Assembly (NCBI GenBank): GCA_016936395.1
Contig: JAFGXY010000042.1
Coordinates: 13,001-77,000, forward strand
Direction: 5' to 3'
Length of the DNA: 64,000 nt
Origin: Paracoccaceae bacterium
GTDB lineage: Bacteria; Pseudomonadota; Alphaproteobacteria; Rhodobacterales; Rhodobacteraceae
In this document: positions 46,423 through 55,707 of the stretch, in pieces
How the letters are laid out: each line of letters opens with the position of its first letter
Numbering within the stretch: the first letter of the stretch is position 1
Made by a program: the position numbers and the translations under genes
The notes under the pieces: model-generated
The model's input: only the letters and a program-made list of their open reading frames with translations
Databases searched by the model: none
What the model was told of the DNA's origin: nothing

Positions 46423-46505
46423 CCCCCGTTTCCTCTTGGCCCAAATACCCCGGGGCCCGGGGCAGAGCCCCGGTTCTTGCACCCGAAAGGCAGAGCCCCG
46501 GACGC
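46423..46505. repeat. REP-like GC-rich intergenic element
   Basis: Reads CCCCCGTTTCCTCTTGGCCCAAATACCCCGGGGCCCGGGGCAGAGCCCCGG...GGCAGAGCCCCGG. The 13-nt direct repeat GGCAGAGCCCCGG occurs at 46461 and 46489, and nested GGGGC-aga-GCCCC and CCGGGGC/GCCCCGG stems are present. Confidence 0.5.
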
Positions 46506-46529
46506 ATCCCCAATAGAAAGACCCGCAAA

Positions 46530-47531
46530 ATGCACCTGTCTCGCTTCCCCCGCATCCGTCTTGGCCATCTGCCCACCCCGCTGGAACCCTTGCCACGGCT
46601 GACGGCCCTGTTGGGCGGGCCCGAGATCTGGATCAAGCGCGATGATTGCACCGGCCTGTCCACCGGCGGCAACAAGACCCGCAAACTTGAGTTTCTGATG
46701 GCCGAGGCCGTGGCGATGGGCGCCGACATGGTGTTGACCCAAGGCGCCACCCAATCCAACCATGCCCGGCAGACGGCGGCGGCGGCGGCAAGGCTTGGGC
46801 TGGACTGCCACCTGATCCTGGAAGACCGCACGGGCTATAACGAGCCGAATTATCGCATGAACGGCAACGTCTTGCTGGATGTGCTGCATGGTGCCACGAT
46901 TGAACACCGTGGTCCGGGGCTGGACATGCAGGCCGAACTTCTGGCGGTGACCGAAGCCTTCCGCGCCAAGGGTCGCCGTCCCTATGCCATTCCGGGCGGC
47001 GGGTCGAACCCCACCGGGGCCTTGGGCTATGTCAACTGCGCGCTGGAGCTGTTGGGCCAGATGGTGGATCGCGGCCTCAGCTTTGACCATATGATCACCG
47101 CCACCGGCTCGGCGGGCACCCATGCCGGGCTGATTGTCGGCCTCAAGGCGCTGAACGCGCAACTGCCGCTTCTGGGTATCGGGGTGCGCGCCCCGCGTGA
47201 GGTGCAAGAGGCAAATGTCTTTCGTCTGGCGCAAGCCACCGAAGAAACGCTGGGCACCCAAGGCATGGTGCGGCGTGAGGATGTGGTCGCAAACTGTGAC
47301 TATATCGGGCAGGGATACGGCATCCCGGCGGACAGCACATTGGAAGCGATCGACCTGTTTGCGCGGCAAGAGGCCATCCTTCTGGACCCGGTCTATTCCG
47401 GCAAGGGTGCCGCCGGTTTGATCGACCTGATCCGCAAAGGGCATTTCAAACCGGGGCAACGGGTGGTGTTCCTGCACACCGGCGGCGCCATCGGCCTGAC
47501 CGGCTATACCCACGTTCTGCCCCACGCATGA
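46530..47531 (+). CDS. D-cysteine desulfhydrase / CuyA-type PLP-dependent lyase family
   Basis: Trimmed to [24 protein letters not shown]...[21 protein letters not shown] (PLP lysine). It also has [10 protein letters not shown] and [18 protein letters not shown], a layout close to E. coli DcyD by eye. Confidence 0.88.
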   Translation: MHLSRFPRIRLGHLPTPLEPLPRLTALLGGPEIWIKRDDCTGLSTGGNKTRKLEFLMAEAVAMGADMVLTQGATQSNHARQTAAAAARLGLDCHLILEDRTGYNEPNYRMNGNVLLDVLHGATIEHRGPGLDMQAELLAVTEAFRAKGRRPYAIPGGGSNPTGALGYVNCALELLGQMVDRGLSFDHMITATGSAGTHAGLIVGLKALNAQLPLLGIGVRAPREVQEANVFRLAQATEETLGTQGMVRREDVVANCDYIGQGYGIPADSTLEAIDLFARQEAILLDPVYSGKGAAGLIDLIRKGHFKPGQRVVFLHTGGAIGLTGYTHVLPHA

Positions 47532-48208
47532 GGACGGTTGGCATCATCGGCGGAATGGGGCCAGAGGCGACCATTCTGCTGATGCAAAAGCTGCTGCGCG
47601 CGGTTCCAGCGCGCGATGATGCCGACCATATCCCGCTGATCGTGCACCAGAACCCCGCTGTACCCAGTCGGATTGCGCGGCTGATTGACGGCGCCGGGGC
47701 CGACCCCGGCCCGGTTCTGGCGCAGATGGCGCGCGATCTGCAGGCGGCGGGCGCGCAGGCGCTGGCCATGCCGTGCAACACTGCCCATGCCTATGCGCCG
47801 CAGATCATTGCTGCCACGCCGCTGCCGTTTCTGGACATGCGCCGCGCCACGGTTGCAGCCTTGCCGCGCGGGCGGATCGGCATGCTTGCCTCGCCCGCCG
47901 TGCGGCTGACGGGGGCGTTTGACGCGGCCTTTGCCGCTGCCGGGCTGACGATGGTCTGGCCATCCGACGAAAGCGCCACGCTTGCGCTGATCCGCCGGGT
48001 CAAGGCGGGCGACAGCGGGCCGCAGGCCTTGGCCGGGATGGCGCATTTGGCCGATGCCATTGCAGCGCGCTGCGATCATCTGCTGGTCGCCTGCACCGAG
48101 TTGTCGCTGCTGACCGGGGCCATCGAGCCCCCCTTAACCGACAGTCTGGATTGTCTGGTGAGCGCGGTTGTGGGATTTGCGCAAGGCGCGTTGTTGCCAA
48201 GTCCTTGA
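47528..48208 (+). CDS. aspartate/glutamate racemase family protein
   Basis: 226 aa with [12 protein letters not shown] and the two catalytic-Cys contexts MPCNTAHAY and VACTELS. It overlaps the upstream gene by ATGA. Confidence 0.88.
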   Translation: MRTVGIIGGMGPEATILLMQKLLRAVPARDDADHIPLIVHQNPAVPSRIARLIDGAGADPGPVLAQMARDLQAAGAQALAMPCNTAHAYAPQIIAATPLPFLDMRRATVAALPRGRIGMLASPAVRLTGAFDAAFAAAGLTMVWPSDESATLALIRRVKAGDSGPQALAGMAHLADAIAARCDHLLVACTELSLLTGAIEPPLTDSLDCLVSAVVGFAQGALLPSP

Positions 48209-48243
48209 CACTCCGACCCTTCGTAGGGGCCGCGTCGTCGCGG

Positions 48244-49221
48244 TCAGTCTTCCGCTGCCACCTCGATCACCCCGGCCAGCAGGGGCGCGATGGCGTCAAA
48301 GCGCGGCACCAGACGGTCGCGCACCAGTGTGCGGCAATCGCGGGCAAGGTCTTCGGGCAGGCGGCCCAGCTCATTGACCCGCGCGATCAGATGCACGCGC
48401 CGCGCCTCGCCGGCAAACGGCAAGGGCAGCACATCCAGATCGGGGATAAAGCGCTCGGCGTCCATCAGGTTCAGCGGCGTGGTGATGGCCCAGCCACCGG
48501 TCTGCACCACCATCGCCAGCACCGACCGCGTCGCCTCTAGCGCCACCCGGCGGTCCGGGTTCAGCCGCACCCGCGCCAGATGCCGGGCGATCCTTTGGCC
48601 AATCGGCAGGGTTTCGGAATATTGCACGAAGGGCAGCACCTCCAGCGCCACCCGCACATCGCGCCCGATCACGCCTTTGGCCGCGACCAGCACGAAGGGT
48701 TCTTTCAGGATCGGCAGCACCCGGAACGCCGCACTGTCGGGGGGCAACAGGGCGGTCACGCCGATATCGGCCTCACGCGCCAGAACGCGGTCCAGCACAT
48801 GATCGGACCGGCCCGAAAACGCATGAACAAAGCAGCCCTGCAACCGCGCCTGCAACGCCGACACCAACACCGGGGTCAACGAGGCATCGAGATCGTCGAT
48901 GATGGCAAGGTTCAGTTGCGGCAGGCCGGCCAGGCTGATCTCGGCCAGATCGGCCTGCGCGTCAGACAGCGCTGCCAGCAGCTTGTGGGCATGGCGGCGC
49001 AAGACCTGCCCGGCCGGGGTCAATGTGACCGGCTTGGCCTTGCGGTCAAACAGCCGCGTGCCCACTGCCGCCTCAAGCGCGGTGATATGCTGGCTGACCC
49101 CCGAGGCAGAACCGCCAATTCGGGTGGCCGCCCCGATCACCGACCCGGCCTCGGCCAGCGCCACAAACACCCGCAGGCCCCGCAGCGTCAGTTCCGGCGG
49201 CGGTTTTGCGGGACCGGGCAT
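48244..49221 (-). CDS. LysR family transcriptional regulator
   Basis: Track ORF trimmed to MPGPAKPPPELTLRGLRVFVALAEAGSVIGAATRIGGSASGVSQHITALE (wHTH). The ATG shares 1 nt with the pip stop. Confidence 0.85.
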   Translation of the reverse strand: MPGPAKPPPELTLRGLRVFVALAEAGSVIGAATRIGGSASGVSQHITALEAAVGTRLFDRKAKPVTLTPAGQVLRRHAHKLLAALSDAQADLAEISLAGLPQLNLAIIDDLDASLTPVLVSALQARLQGCFVHAFSGRSDHVLDRVLAREADIGVTALLPPDSAAFRVLPILKEPFVLVAAKGVIGRDVRVALEVLPFVQYSETLPIGQRIARHLARVRLNPDRRVALEATRSVLAMVVQTGGWAITTPLNLMDAERFIPDLDVLPLPFAGEARRVHLIARVNELGRLPEDLARDCRTLVRDRLVPRFDAIAPLLAGVIEVAAED

Positions 49222-50192
49222 CAGGGGCGCAACTGATCCATCACCTGCACCAAAGCCGCTGAAATGCCGGGTTCCGACAGGGCATGCCCGGACATCGACA
49301 CCAGATTCAGGTGGCAATGATCCCAACCTTCAGCCAGTTTCCACGCCGAAACCGGCGGGCAGATCATGTCATAGCGGCCCTGCACCACATGAGCAGGCAG
49401 GTGCTTGATCCGGTGTTTTTCACGCAGGATCCAGCCATCCTCTTCCAGAAAACCGCCGTTCTGAAAGTAATGGTTTTCCAGCCGCGAAAAGGCGCGGGCA
49501 TATTCGCTGGGGCTTTCGCCCAAGGGCCCGTCATGGTGAACCGAGGCAAGGGCGTTTTCCCAGTTGGCCCAGAACCGGCCAAAGCGGGTTTCCTCCATCA
49601 GGTTGCCCGAAAACAGGCGGCGGTTATAGGCGGCAATCAGGTTGCGCCGTTCGCCTGCCGGAATGGCCGAGACAAAGCGCGCCCAAAGGTCGGGAAAGAA
49701 CGCCGCAGCCCCCCCGCCATAAAACCAGTCAAGTTCGGCCTGCGTCATCAGGAACACGCCACGCAACACCAGATGCACCACCCGGTCGGGGTGGGTGATG
49801 GCATAGACCAGCGCCAGCGTCGCGCCCCAACTGCCGCCGAACAGGATAAAGCGGTCAATCCCCAGCGTCTGCCGGATGGTTTCAATGTCGCGGACAAGGT
49901 GCCAGGTGGTGTTGGCCTGAATGCTGGCATGCGGGCGTGACCGGCCGCAGCCGCGCTGATCAAACAGCACGATCCGATACACTGCCGGATCAAAATACCG
50001 CCGCATCGCGGGCGAACAGCCGCCCCCCGGCCCGCCATGCAGCACCAGCACCGGAATACCATCGGGATTGCCGCATTGTTCAACATAAACGGTATGGCCA
50101 TCGCCCACCGCAAGGTTGCGCTGATCGAAAATGTCGATCGGCGGATAAAGGTATTCCACTGCGCGCTTTTGGCCTGATCTCTGATCCATCAT
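49221..50192 (-). CDS. pip: prolyl aminopeptidase (proline iminopeptidase)
   Basis: Carries VLHGGPGGG, FDQRGCGRS and GGSWGATLAL (nucleophile elbow). I chose the ATG-ATG start at 50192 rather than the track's TTG at 50225. Confidence 0.9.
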   Translation of the reverse strand: MMDQRSGQKRAVEYLYPPIDIFDQRNLAVGDGHTVYVEQCGNPDGIPVLVLHGGPGGGCSPAMRRYFDPAVYRIVLFDQRGCGRSRPHASIQANTTWHLVRDIETIRQTLGIDRFILFGGSWGATLALVYAITHPDRVVHLVLRGVFLMTQAELDWFYGGGAAAFFPDLWARFVSAIPAGERRNLIAAYNRRLFSGNLMEETRFGRFWANWENALASVHHDGPLGESPSEYARAFSRLENHYFQNGGFLEEDGWILREKHRIKHLPAHVVQGRYDMICPPVSAWKLAEGWDHCHLNLVSMSGHALSEPGISAALVQVMDQLRP

Positions 50193-50248
50193 AAGCCTAT
50201 ATAACGTCGTTGATGCCGGTGCCAAAGATCAAACAGAAGGAAAATGTC

Positions 50249-50989
50249 ATGCAGACACAAACAACGGTCGATCCGGCAGAGGTGGCGAAGTTTGAGGCGA
50301 TGGCGGCCGAATGGTGGGACGTGAACGGCAAGTTCAAGCCGCTGCACATGATGAACCCGTGCCGGCTGGATTACATCACCACCCAGATCGCCGCCGAGTT
50401 TGACCGCGACCTGACCAAACCGCTGCCGTTTGCGGGCTTGCGGCTGTTGGACATCGGCTGTGGTGGCGGGCTTTTGTCGGAACCGATGGCGCGTCTGGGC
50501 GCCGATGTGGTGGGGGCCGATGCAGCGGCCCGCAACATTCCGGTGGCGCAGGTGCATGCGGCGCAATCGGGGCTGAGCATCGACTATCGCCACACCACCG
50601 CCGAAGATCTGGCAGCGGCGGGCGAACAGTTTGACGTGGTGCTGAACATGGAGGTGGTTGAACATGTGGCCGACCCGCTGGCCTATCTGACCGCCTGCAA
50701 GACCTTGCTGCGCCCCGGCGGGCTGATGATCTGTTCCACCCTGAACCGCAATCCGAAATCGTTCCTGATGGCGATTGTCGGGGCCGAGCATGTGATGCGC
50801 TGGCTGCCGAAGGGCACGCATGACTGGAATAAGTTCGTCACCCCGGACGAGCTTTATGACCTGATCCGCCGGGCGGGCCTTGACCCGGTGGACCGCAAGG
50901 GGATGGTGTTCAATCCGCTGGGCTGGTCGTGGAGCCTGTCGGCCACGGACCTGTCGGTGAATTATGTCACCGCCAGCGTGAAGCGCTGA
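50249..50989 (+). CDS. ubiG: ubiquinone biosynthesis O-methyltransferase
   Basis: Trimmed to [31 protein letters not shown]. It has the SAM motif [13 protein letters not shown]. An AGAAGGAAAA RBS lies upstream. Confidence 0.92.
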   Translation: MQTQTTVDPAEVAKFEAMAAEWWDVNGKFKPLHMMNPCRLDYITTQIAAEFDRDLTKPLPFAGLRLLDIGCGGGLLSEPMARLGADVVGADAAARNIPVAQVHAAQSGLSIDYRHTTAEDLAAAGEQFDVVLNMEVVEHVADPLAYLTACKTLLRPGGLMICSTLNRNPKSFLMAIVGAEHVMRWLPKGTHDWNKFVTPDELYDLIRRAGLDPVDRKGMVFNPLGWSWSLSATDLSVNYVTASVKR

Positions 50990-51060
50990 CCATAAAAGAG
51001 CTGGGTCACCCACTTGTCTTTGATGTTTCGCAGGGCGGCCACATGGCGCCCTGACAGGGG

Positions 51061-51750
51061 TCAGACCCCAAGATAGCGATTGGCAATCTGGGGCGTCAGA
51101 TCGGCGAAGTTGCCCGACCAGACGGTCGCCCCGCGCTCCAGGATCACCGCGCGGTCGGCGATGGCCGCAAGCTCGGCCAGGGATTTGTCGACCACCAGGA
51201 TGGATTGCCCCGCCGCCCGCAAGTGCCGCACACCGGCCCAGATTTCCTGACGCACGATCGGGGCCAGACCTTCGGTCGCCTCGTCCAGCACCAGAAGCCT
51301 TGGGTTGGTCATCAGGGCGCGGCCGATGGCCAGCATCTGCTGCTCACCACCCGACAGGGTTTTGGCAGGTTGTGCCATGCGGTCTTGCAGACGCGGAAAC
51401 AGCGCGCAGATGCGGGCCATGTCCCACGGGCCGGGGCGGGCGGCAACGGTCAGGTTTTCGGCTACGGACAGCGGGCCAAAGCAGCGCCGCCCTTCGGGCA
51501 CCAGCCCAATGCCCAGACGCGCCACACGATGCGACGGCATTGCGTGCAGATCAACGCCGGCAAACCGCACCTCGCCGCCGGAATGGGCCAGCAAGCGCAG
51601 GACGGTGGCGATTGTCGTGGTCTTGCCCATGCCATTGCGGCCCATCAGCGCCAGAACCTCGCCCTCGGCAAGATTCAAGGTGACGCCGAACAGCGCCTGC
51701 ACCGGGCCGTAAAAGGCGGTCACGTCGCGCAGGTGCAACAGCGGTGTCAT
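51061..51750 (-). CDS. ABC transporter ATP-binding protein (LivF-type)
   Basis: 229 aa with GRNGMGKTT, LSGGEQQML and LVLDEA. Confidence 0.9.
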   Translation of the reverse strand: MTPLLHLRDVTAFYGPVQALFGVTLNLAEGEVLALMGRNGMGKTTTIATVLRLLAHSGGEVRFAGVDLHAMPSHRVARLGIGLVPEGRRCFGPLSVAENLTVAARPGPWDMARICALFPRLQDRMAQPAKTLSGGEQQMLAIGRALMTNPRLLVLDEATEGLAPIVRQEIWAGVRHLRAAGQSILVVDKSLAELAAIADRAVILERGATVWSGNFADLTPQIANRYLGV

Positions 51751-52496
51751 GCGCCCTCACCCAGGTAGGACCGGCGCACCTCTGCGTTGGCGCGGATCTC
51801 CGCAACCGTGCCGGTGGCGATGATGCGGCCATAGACCAGCACCGAAATGCGGTCGGCAAGGGCAAAGACGGCGTCCATGTCATGTTCCACCAGCAGGATC
51901 GGTGCCTGATGCCGCAGGTCTGACAGCAGCGTGGTCAGGTGCCGCGCGCCCTCCAGCCCCAGGCCGGCCATGGGTTCATCCAGCAGCAGCGCGCGCGGGC
52001 GCAGGGCCAGCGCCATGGCCAGTTCCAGCCGCCGCCGCTCGCCATGTGACAGCGCGGCGGCACGGGTGGTCAGGCGATCCGCCAGCCCGACCTGTTCGGC
52101 GTGAAACCGGGCCGGTTCGGTCAAGCCCGGAGCGCGCAACGCCGGGCGCAGAAAGCGGTAAACGCCACCCCCTGCCCCCAGAACCGCCAGCATGACATTT
52201 TGCAGCACGGTGAACGCTGGAATGACCGACGACACCTGAAAGCTGCGTGCCAGACCGCGACGGGCGCGGGCGGCGGTATCAAGGCTGTCGATCCGTTCGC
52301 CCTCAAACGCGATGGTGCCTGCGTCTTGCCGCAACTCACCCGTAATCTGCTTGATCAGGGTCGATTTTCCGGCTCCGTTCGGCCCGATCAGGGCATGAAC
52401 CTCGCCCCGGCGCAGGTCAAGAGACACGTCATCGGTGGCCACCAGCGACCCGAAAGATTTGCGCAGATGGGACAGGCGGAGAACGGCATCAGACAT
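51747..52496 (-). CDS. ABC transporter ATP-binding protein (LivG-type)
   Basis: Trimmed to MSDAVLRLSHLRKSFG. It has GPNGAGKST, LSHGERRRLE and LLLDEP. It overlaps both neighbours. Confidence 0.9.
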   Translation of the reverse strand: MSDAVLRLSHLRKSFGSLVATDDVSLDLRRGEVHALIGPNGAGKSTLIKQITGELRQDAGTIAFEGERIDSLDTAARARRGLARSFQVSSVIPAFTVLQNVMLAVLGAGGGVYRFLRPALRAPGLTEPARFHAEQVGLADRLTTRAAALSHGERRRLELAMALALRPRALLLDEPMAGLGLEGARHLTTLLSDLRHQAPILLVEHDMDAVFALADRISVLVYGRIIATGTVAEIRANAEVRRSYLGEGA

Positions 52497-53469
52497 GACG
52501 GTCGCGCCGCAACACAAGACCGATCAGGCCGCCGGGGGCAAACAGCACGATGGCCAACAGCAACAGCCCCAGCAGCGCCTTCCAATACTCACTGACACCG
52601 CCCAAAAGATGCTCAAGCAAAATGAACACCGCCGCCCCTGCCACCGGACCCGCCAACCGCCCCACGCCGCCCAGTATGACAAACACCATGATCTCGCCCG
52701 ACATGTGCCACGACATCATCGCCGGGCTGACAAAGCGGTTCAGGTCGGCATACAGCGACCCGGCAAGCCCGGTGATCATGCCGGAAATCACAAAGGCCAC
52801 CAGACGCAGGGCATAGGGCCGGATGCCCACCGCCGCCGCGCGCTGCTCGTTTTGCCGTGCGGCTTGCAGGGCAAGGCCAAAGCGCGACCGCACAAGCGCC
52901 GCCGACAGGATCAGCGCCAGAACCAGCAGCGCCATGCAGATCGCAAAATATTGCACCGGAACCAGCGTGTTCAGCCCCGGAAAGCTGTTGCGCACATAAA
53001 AGCTCAGCCCGTCTTCGCCACCATAGCGCGGCCAGCTGATGGCAAAGTAGAACAGCATCTGCGCGAAGGCCAAAGTGACCATGATGAAGTAAACGCCACT
53101 GGTGCGCAGGCTCAGCGCCCCGATCAGCAGCGCCGCCGCACCGGCGGCCAGCATCGCCATTGGCCAGATGCCCAGCATCTCGTTCGACCCCATCAGGGCA
53201 AAGGGCAGTGTGGTCACCGCTGTTCCGGCCCCGGCATGGCTGGCAAGGATGCCAGTCACATAGCCACCAATGCCAAAGAACGCGGCATGGCCAAACGACA
53301 CCAACCCGCCATAGCCCAGCGCAAGGTTCAGACCCACGCCCGCCAGCGCAAAGATCGCAACCTTGGTGGCAAGGGTGATGACAAAGCCTTCGCCCGTGAT
53401 CTGTGCCACGATCACCGTGCCCAAAAGCGCCGACAAGATCGCCAGGGTCAGCAGGGTTTCGCGCGCCAT
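52489..53469 (-). CDS. branched-chain amino acid-type ABC permease (LivM-type)
   Basis: Trimmed to MARETLLTLAILSALLG. It has the GLVSFGHAAFFG motif. An AAGGGG/AAGGG RBS lies upstream. Confidence 0.88.
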   Translation of the reverse strand: MARETLLTLAILSALLGTVIVAQITGEGFVITLATKVAIFALAGVGLNLALGYGGLVSFGHAAFFGIGGYVTGILASHAGAGTAVTTLPFALMGSNEMLGIWPMAMLAAGAAALLIGALSLRTSGVYFIMVTLAFAQMLFYFAISWPRYGGEDGLSFYVRNSFPGLNTLVPVQYFAICMALLVLALILSAALVRSRFGLALQAARQNEQRAAAVGIRPYALRLVAFVISGMITGLAGSLYADLNRFVSPAMMSWHMSGEIMVFVILGGVGRLAGPVAGAAVFILLEHLLGGVSEYWKALLGLLLLAIVLFAPGGLIGLVLRRDRHV

Positions 53470-53473
53470 GCCC

Positions 53474-54388
53474 TTAACCCCTTTGCCCATACAGGCCCTG
53501 CGGCCGCACCAGCAAGACCAGCGCCATCAGGATGTAGATCAGCATCGACGCCAGTGCCGATCCGACGGTTGCCGCGTCTGACCCGACCATGACCCGCGCA
53601 AACAGCCCCGGCAGCAGCGCCTTGCCCAGAACATCGGTCATCCCCACCAGCAGGGCACCAATCAGCGCGCCCTTGATCGACCCGATGCCACCGATGATGA
53701 TCACCACAAAGGCAAGGATCAGCACCGGCTCGCCCATGCCGACCTGCACCGACTGGATGGTGCCGACCAAGGCCCCCGCCAACCCGGCCAGTGCCGCGCC
53801 CAGCGCAAAGACGATTGTGTATAACCGTTCAATATTGACCCCCAAGGCGGCAATCATCTCGCGGTCTGCCTCGCCAGCGCGGATGCGGATACCCAGCCTT
53901 GTGCGGTTGATCAGGAAGAACAGCCCCAGCGCCACCACAGCGCCAATGCCGATGATGGCCAGCCGGAACAGCGGGTATTGCAATCCGCCGGGCAGCATGA
54001 CCGCACCCGAAAGCACCGGCGGCAAGGTCAGATACAGCGGGAACGACCCGAACAGCCAGCGCGTGCCTTCGGAAAACACCAAGATCAGCGCGAATGTCGC
54101 CAGCACCTGATCCAGATGGTCGCGGTGATAAAGCCGGCGGATCACCACCACCTCGACCAGCGCCCCTGCCACGGCCGCCGCCACAAGGCTGGCCACCAGC
54201 CCCAGAAAGAACGACCCCGTCGCCGCCGCCACCCATGCGCAGGCAAAGGCCCCGACCATGTACAGCGAGCCATGCGCCAGATTGATCAGCCCCATGACGC
54301 CAAACACCAGCGTCAGCCCGGCGGCCATCAGGAACAGCATCATGCCGTATTGCAAACCGTTCAGGGCCTGCTCGATGAAAAGCACCAC
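53474..54388 (-). CDS. branched-chain amino acid-type ABC permease (LivH-type)
   Basis: Contains ALNGLQYGMMLFLMAAGLTLVFG and INLAHGSLYMVGAF. I chose GTG at 54388, which has AAGGA 7 nt upstream. The track's TTG at 54430 would add a non-hydrophobic extension. Confidence 0.85.
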   Translation of the reverse strand: MVLFIEQALNGLQYGMMLFLMAAGLTLVFGVMGLINLAHGSLYMVGAFACAWVAAATGSFFLGLVASLVAAAVAGALVEVVVIRRLYHRDHLDQVLATFALILVFSEGTRWLFGSFPLYLTLPPVLSGAVMLPGGLQYPLFRLAIIGIGAVVALGLFFLINRTRLGIRIRAGEADREMIAALGVNIERLYTIVFALGAALAGLAGALVGTIQSVQVGMGEPVLILAFVVIIIGGIGSIKGALIGALLVGMTDVLGKALLPGLFARVMVGSDAATVGSALASMLIYILMALVLLVRPQGLYGQRG

Positions 54389-54457
54389 GGCAATGTCCTT
54401 TGGAAACCATGCGGGCCTTGAGTGACCCAAGGCCCGGCTCTTGCTTTGCGCCTTGCG

Positions 54458-55606
54458 CTACATCTTGCACTGGTCGGCATAGGCATCGGCGCGGTCGGTC
54501 ATCGCGGTGCCGACGATGGCATTGGTCAGCACGCCGTTCACCTTCACCACCTCTCGCACATAGATGTCCTGCACCGGGTGCTGGTTCGGCCCGAAGCGGA
54601 ACTTGCCGCGCACCGAGGCGAAATCTGCCGCTGCAAGCGCCGCGCGGAAAGCTTCGGCGTCGGTCACGTCGGCCTTGGCCACAGCCGACAGCAAAAGGTT
54701 CGCCGTGTCATAACCCTGCGCAGCATAAAGCGAGGGCAGGCGACCGTATTCAGCCTGAAAGCCATCGACAAAGGTCTTGTTGGCTGCATTGTCCAGATCG
54801 GGCGACCAGCTTGAGGTGTTCTTGATGCCAAGCGCCGAGTCACCCACCGCGGGCAGGATATCCTGACTTAGGCTGAAGGCCGGGCCGATCAGCGGGATGC
54901 CCACGCCTGACGCGGCGTATTGCTTCATGAAGGCGATGCCCATGCCGCCGGGCAGGAAGAAGAACACCGCCTCGGCCCCCGAGGCGCGGATCTGGGCAAT
55001 TTCAGCGGCATAATCGGTCTGGCCAAGCTGGGTATAGACTTCACTGGCAATCTCACCGTCATAGAACCGCTTGAACCCGGCAAGCGAGTCCTGCCCTGCC
55101 GGATAGTTCGGGGCCATGATGAAGACCTTGCCGATGCCTGCACCCTTGGCATAGGCCCCGGCGGCTTCGTGCATGTTGTCATTCTGATAGGACACCGCAA
55201 AATACCGGGCGTTGCAGCCCGCACCGGCCAGTTGCGACGGGGCGGCGTTGGTGGACAGGTAGAACTTGCCCTGCGCGGTGGCGCTGGGCACCACCGCCAT
55301 GGCAAGGTTTGACCAGACGATGCCGGTCAGCACATCAACCTTGTCGGACTGGATCATCTTGTCGGCGATCTGCACCGCCACATCGGGCTTTTGCTGGTCA
55401 TCCTCGATCACCAGATCAACTTTGCTGCCGGCCTCACCTGCCTGCTTCAACGCCAGCAGAAAACCGTCGCGGGTATCCACCCCCAGACCAGCCCCGCCGC
55501 CCGACAGGGTGGTGATCATGCCAACCTTCACGCCTTCGGCTTGCGCTGCGCCAAGGCCCATCACCAGCGCGGCGATGGTGCCCATCAGACCCGATTTCAG
55601 TTTCAT
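54458..55606 (-). CDS. ABC transporter periplasmic substrate-binding protein (LivK/type-1 PBP family)
   Basis: Trimmed to MKLKSGLMGTIAALVMGLGAAQA (signal peptide). An AGGAG RBS lies upstream. Confidence 0.88.
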   Translation of the reverse strand: MKLKSGLMGTIAALVMGLGAAQAEGVKVGMITTLSGGGAGLGVDTRDGFLLALKQAGEAGSKVDLVIEDDQQKPDVAVQIADKMIQSDKVDVLTGIVWSNLAMAVVPSATAQGKFYLSTNAAPSQLAGAGCNARYFAVSYQNDNMHEAAGAYAKGAGIGKVFIMAPNYPAGQDSLAGFKRFYDGEIASEVYTQLGQTDYAAEIAQIRASGAEAVFFFLPGGMGIAFMKQYAASGVGIPLIGPAFSLSQDILPAVGDSALGIKNTSSWSPDLDNAANKTFVDGFQAEYGRLPSLYAAQGYDTANLLLSAVAKADVTDAEAFRAALAAADFASVRGKFRFGPNQHPVQDIYVREVVKVNGVLTNAIVGTAMTDRADAYADQCKM

Positions 55607-55707
55607 ACCCGGACTCCTGTTGCGACTGTGGTTCTTGATTTGCGGCAATTCAGCACATTGCTTGCCCCGGTGCAAAGCCGAAGGTGCCGCAGCCTGCGCA
55701 AAAGGCC

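Noticed and set aside
50182-50210. Third sigma-E-like motif TGATCC-N17-CGTCGT on the + strand upstream of ubiG
   Set aside because: The spacer is 17 nt, not 16. The -10 element is CGTC, not CGTA. The AAC after the -35 element is missing. It overlaps the pip start codons. By rough expectation, about 30 TGATCC hexamers occur in a window of this size on both strands, so one such partial match is likely by chance.
51031-51053. Hairpin CAGGGCG-GCC..acat..GGCGCCCTG between the convergent ubiG and LivF-type genes
   Set aside because: The stem is imperfect (one bulge) and has no U-tract on either strand. It may act as a terminator, but the sequence evidence is too weak to list it as a feature.
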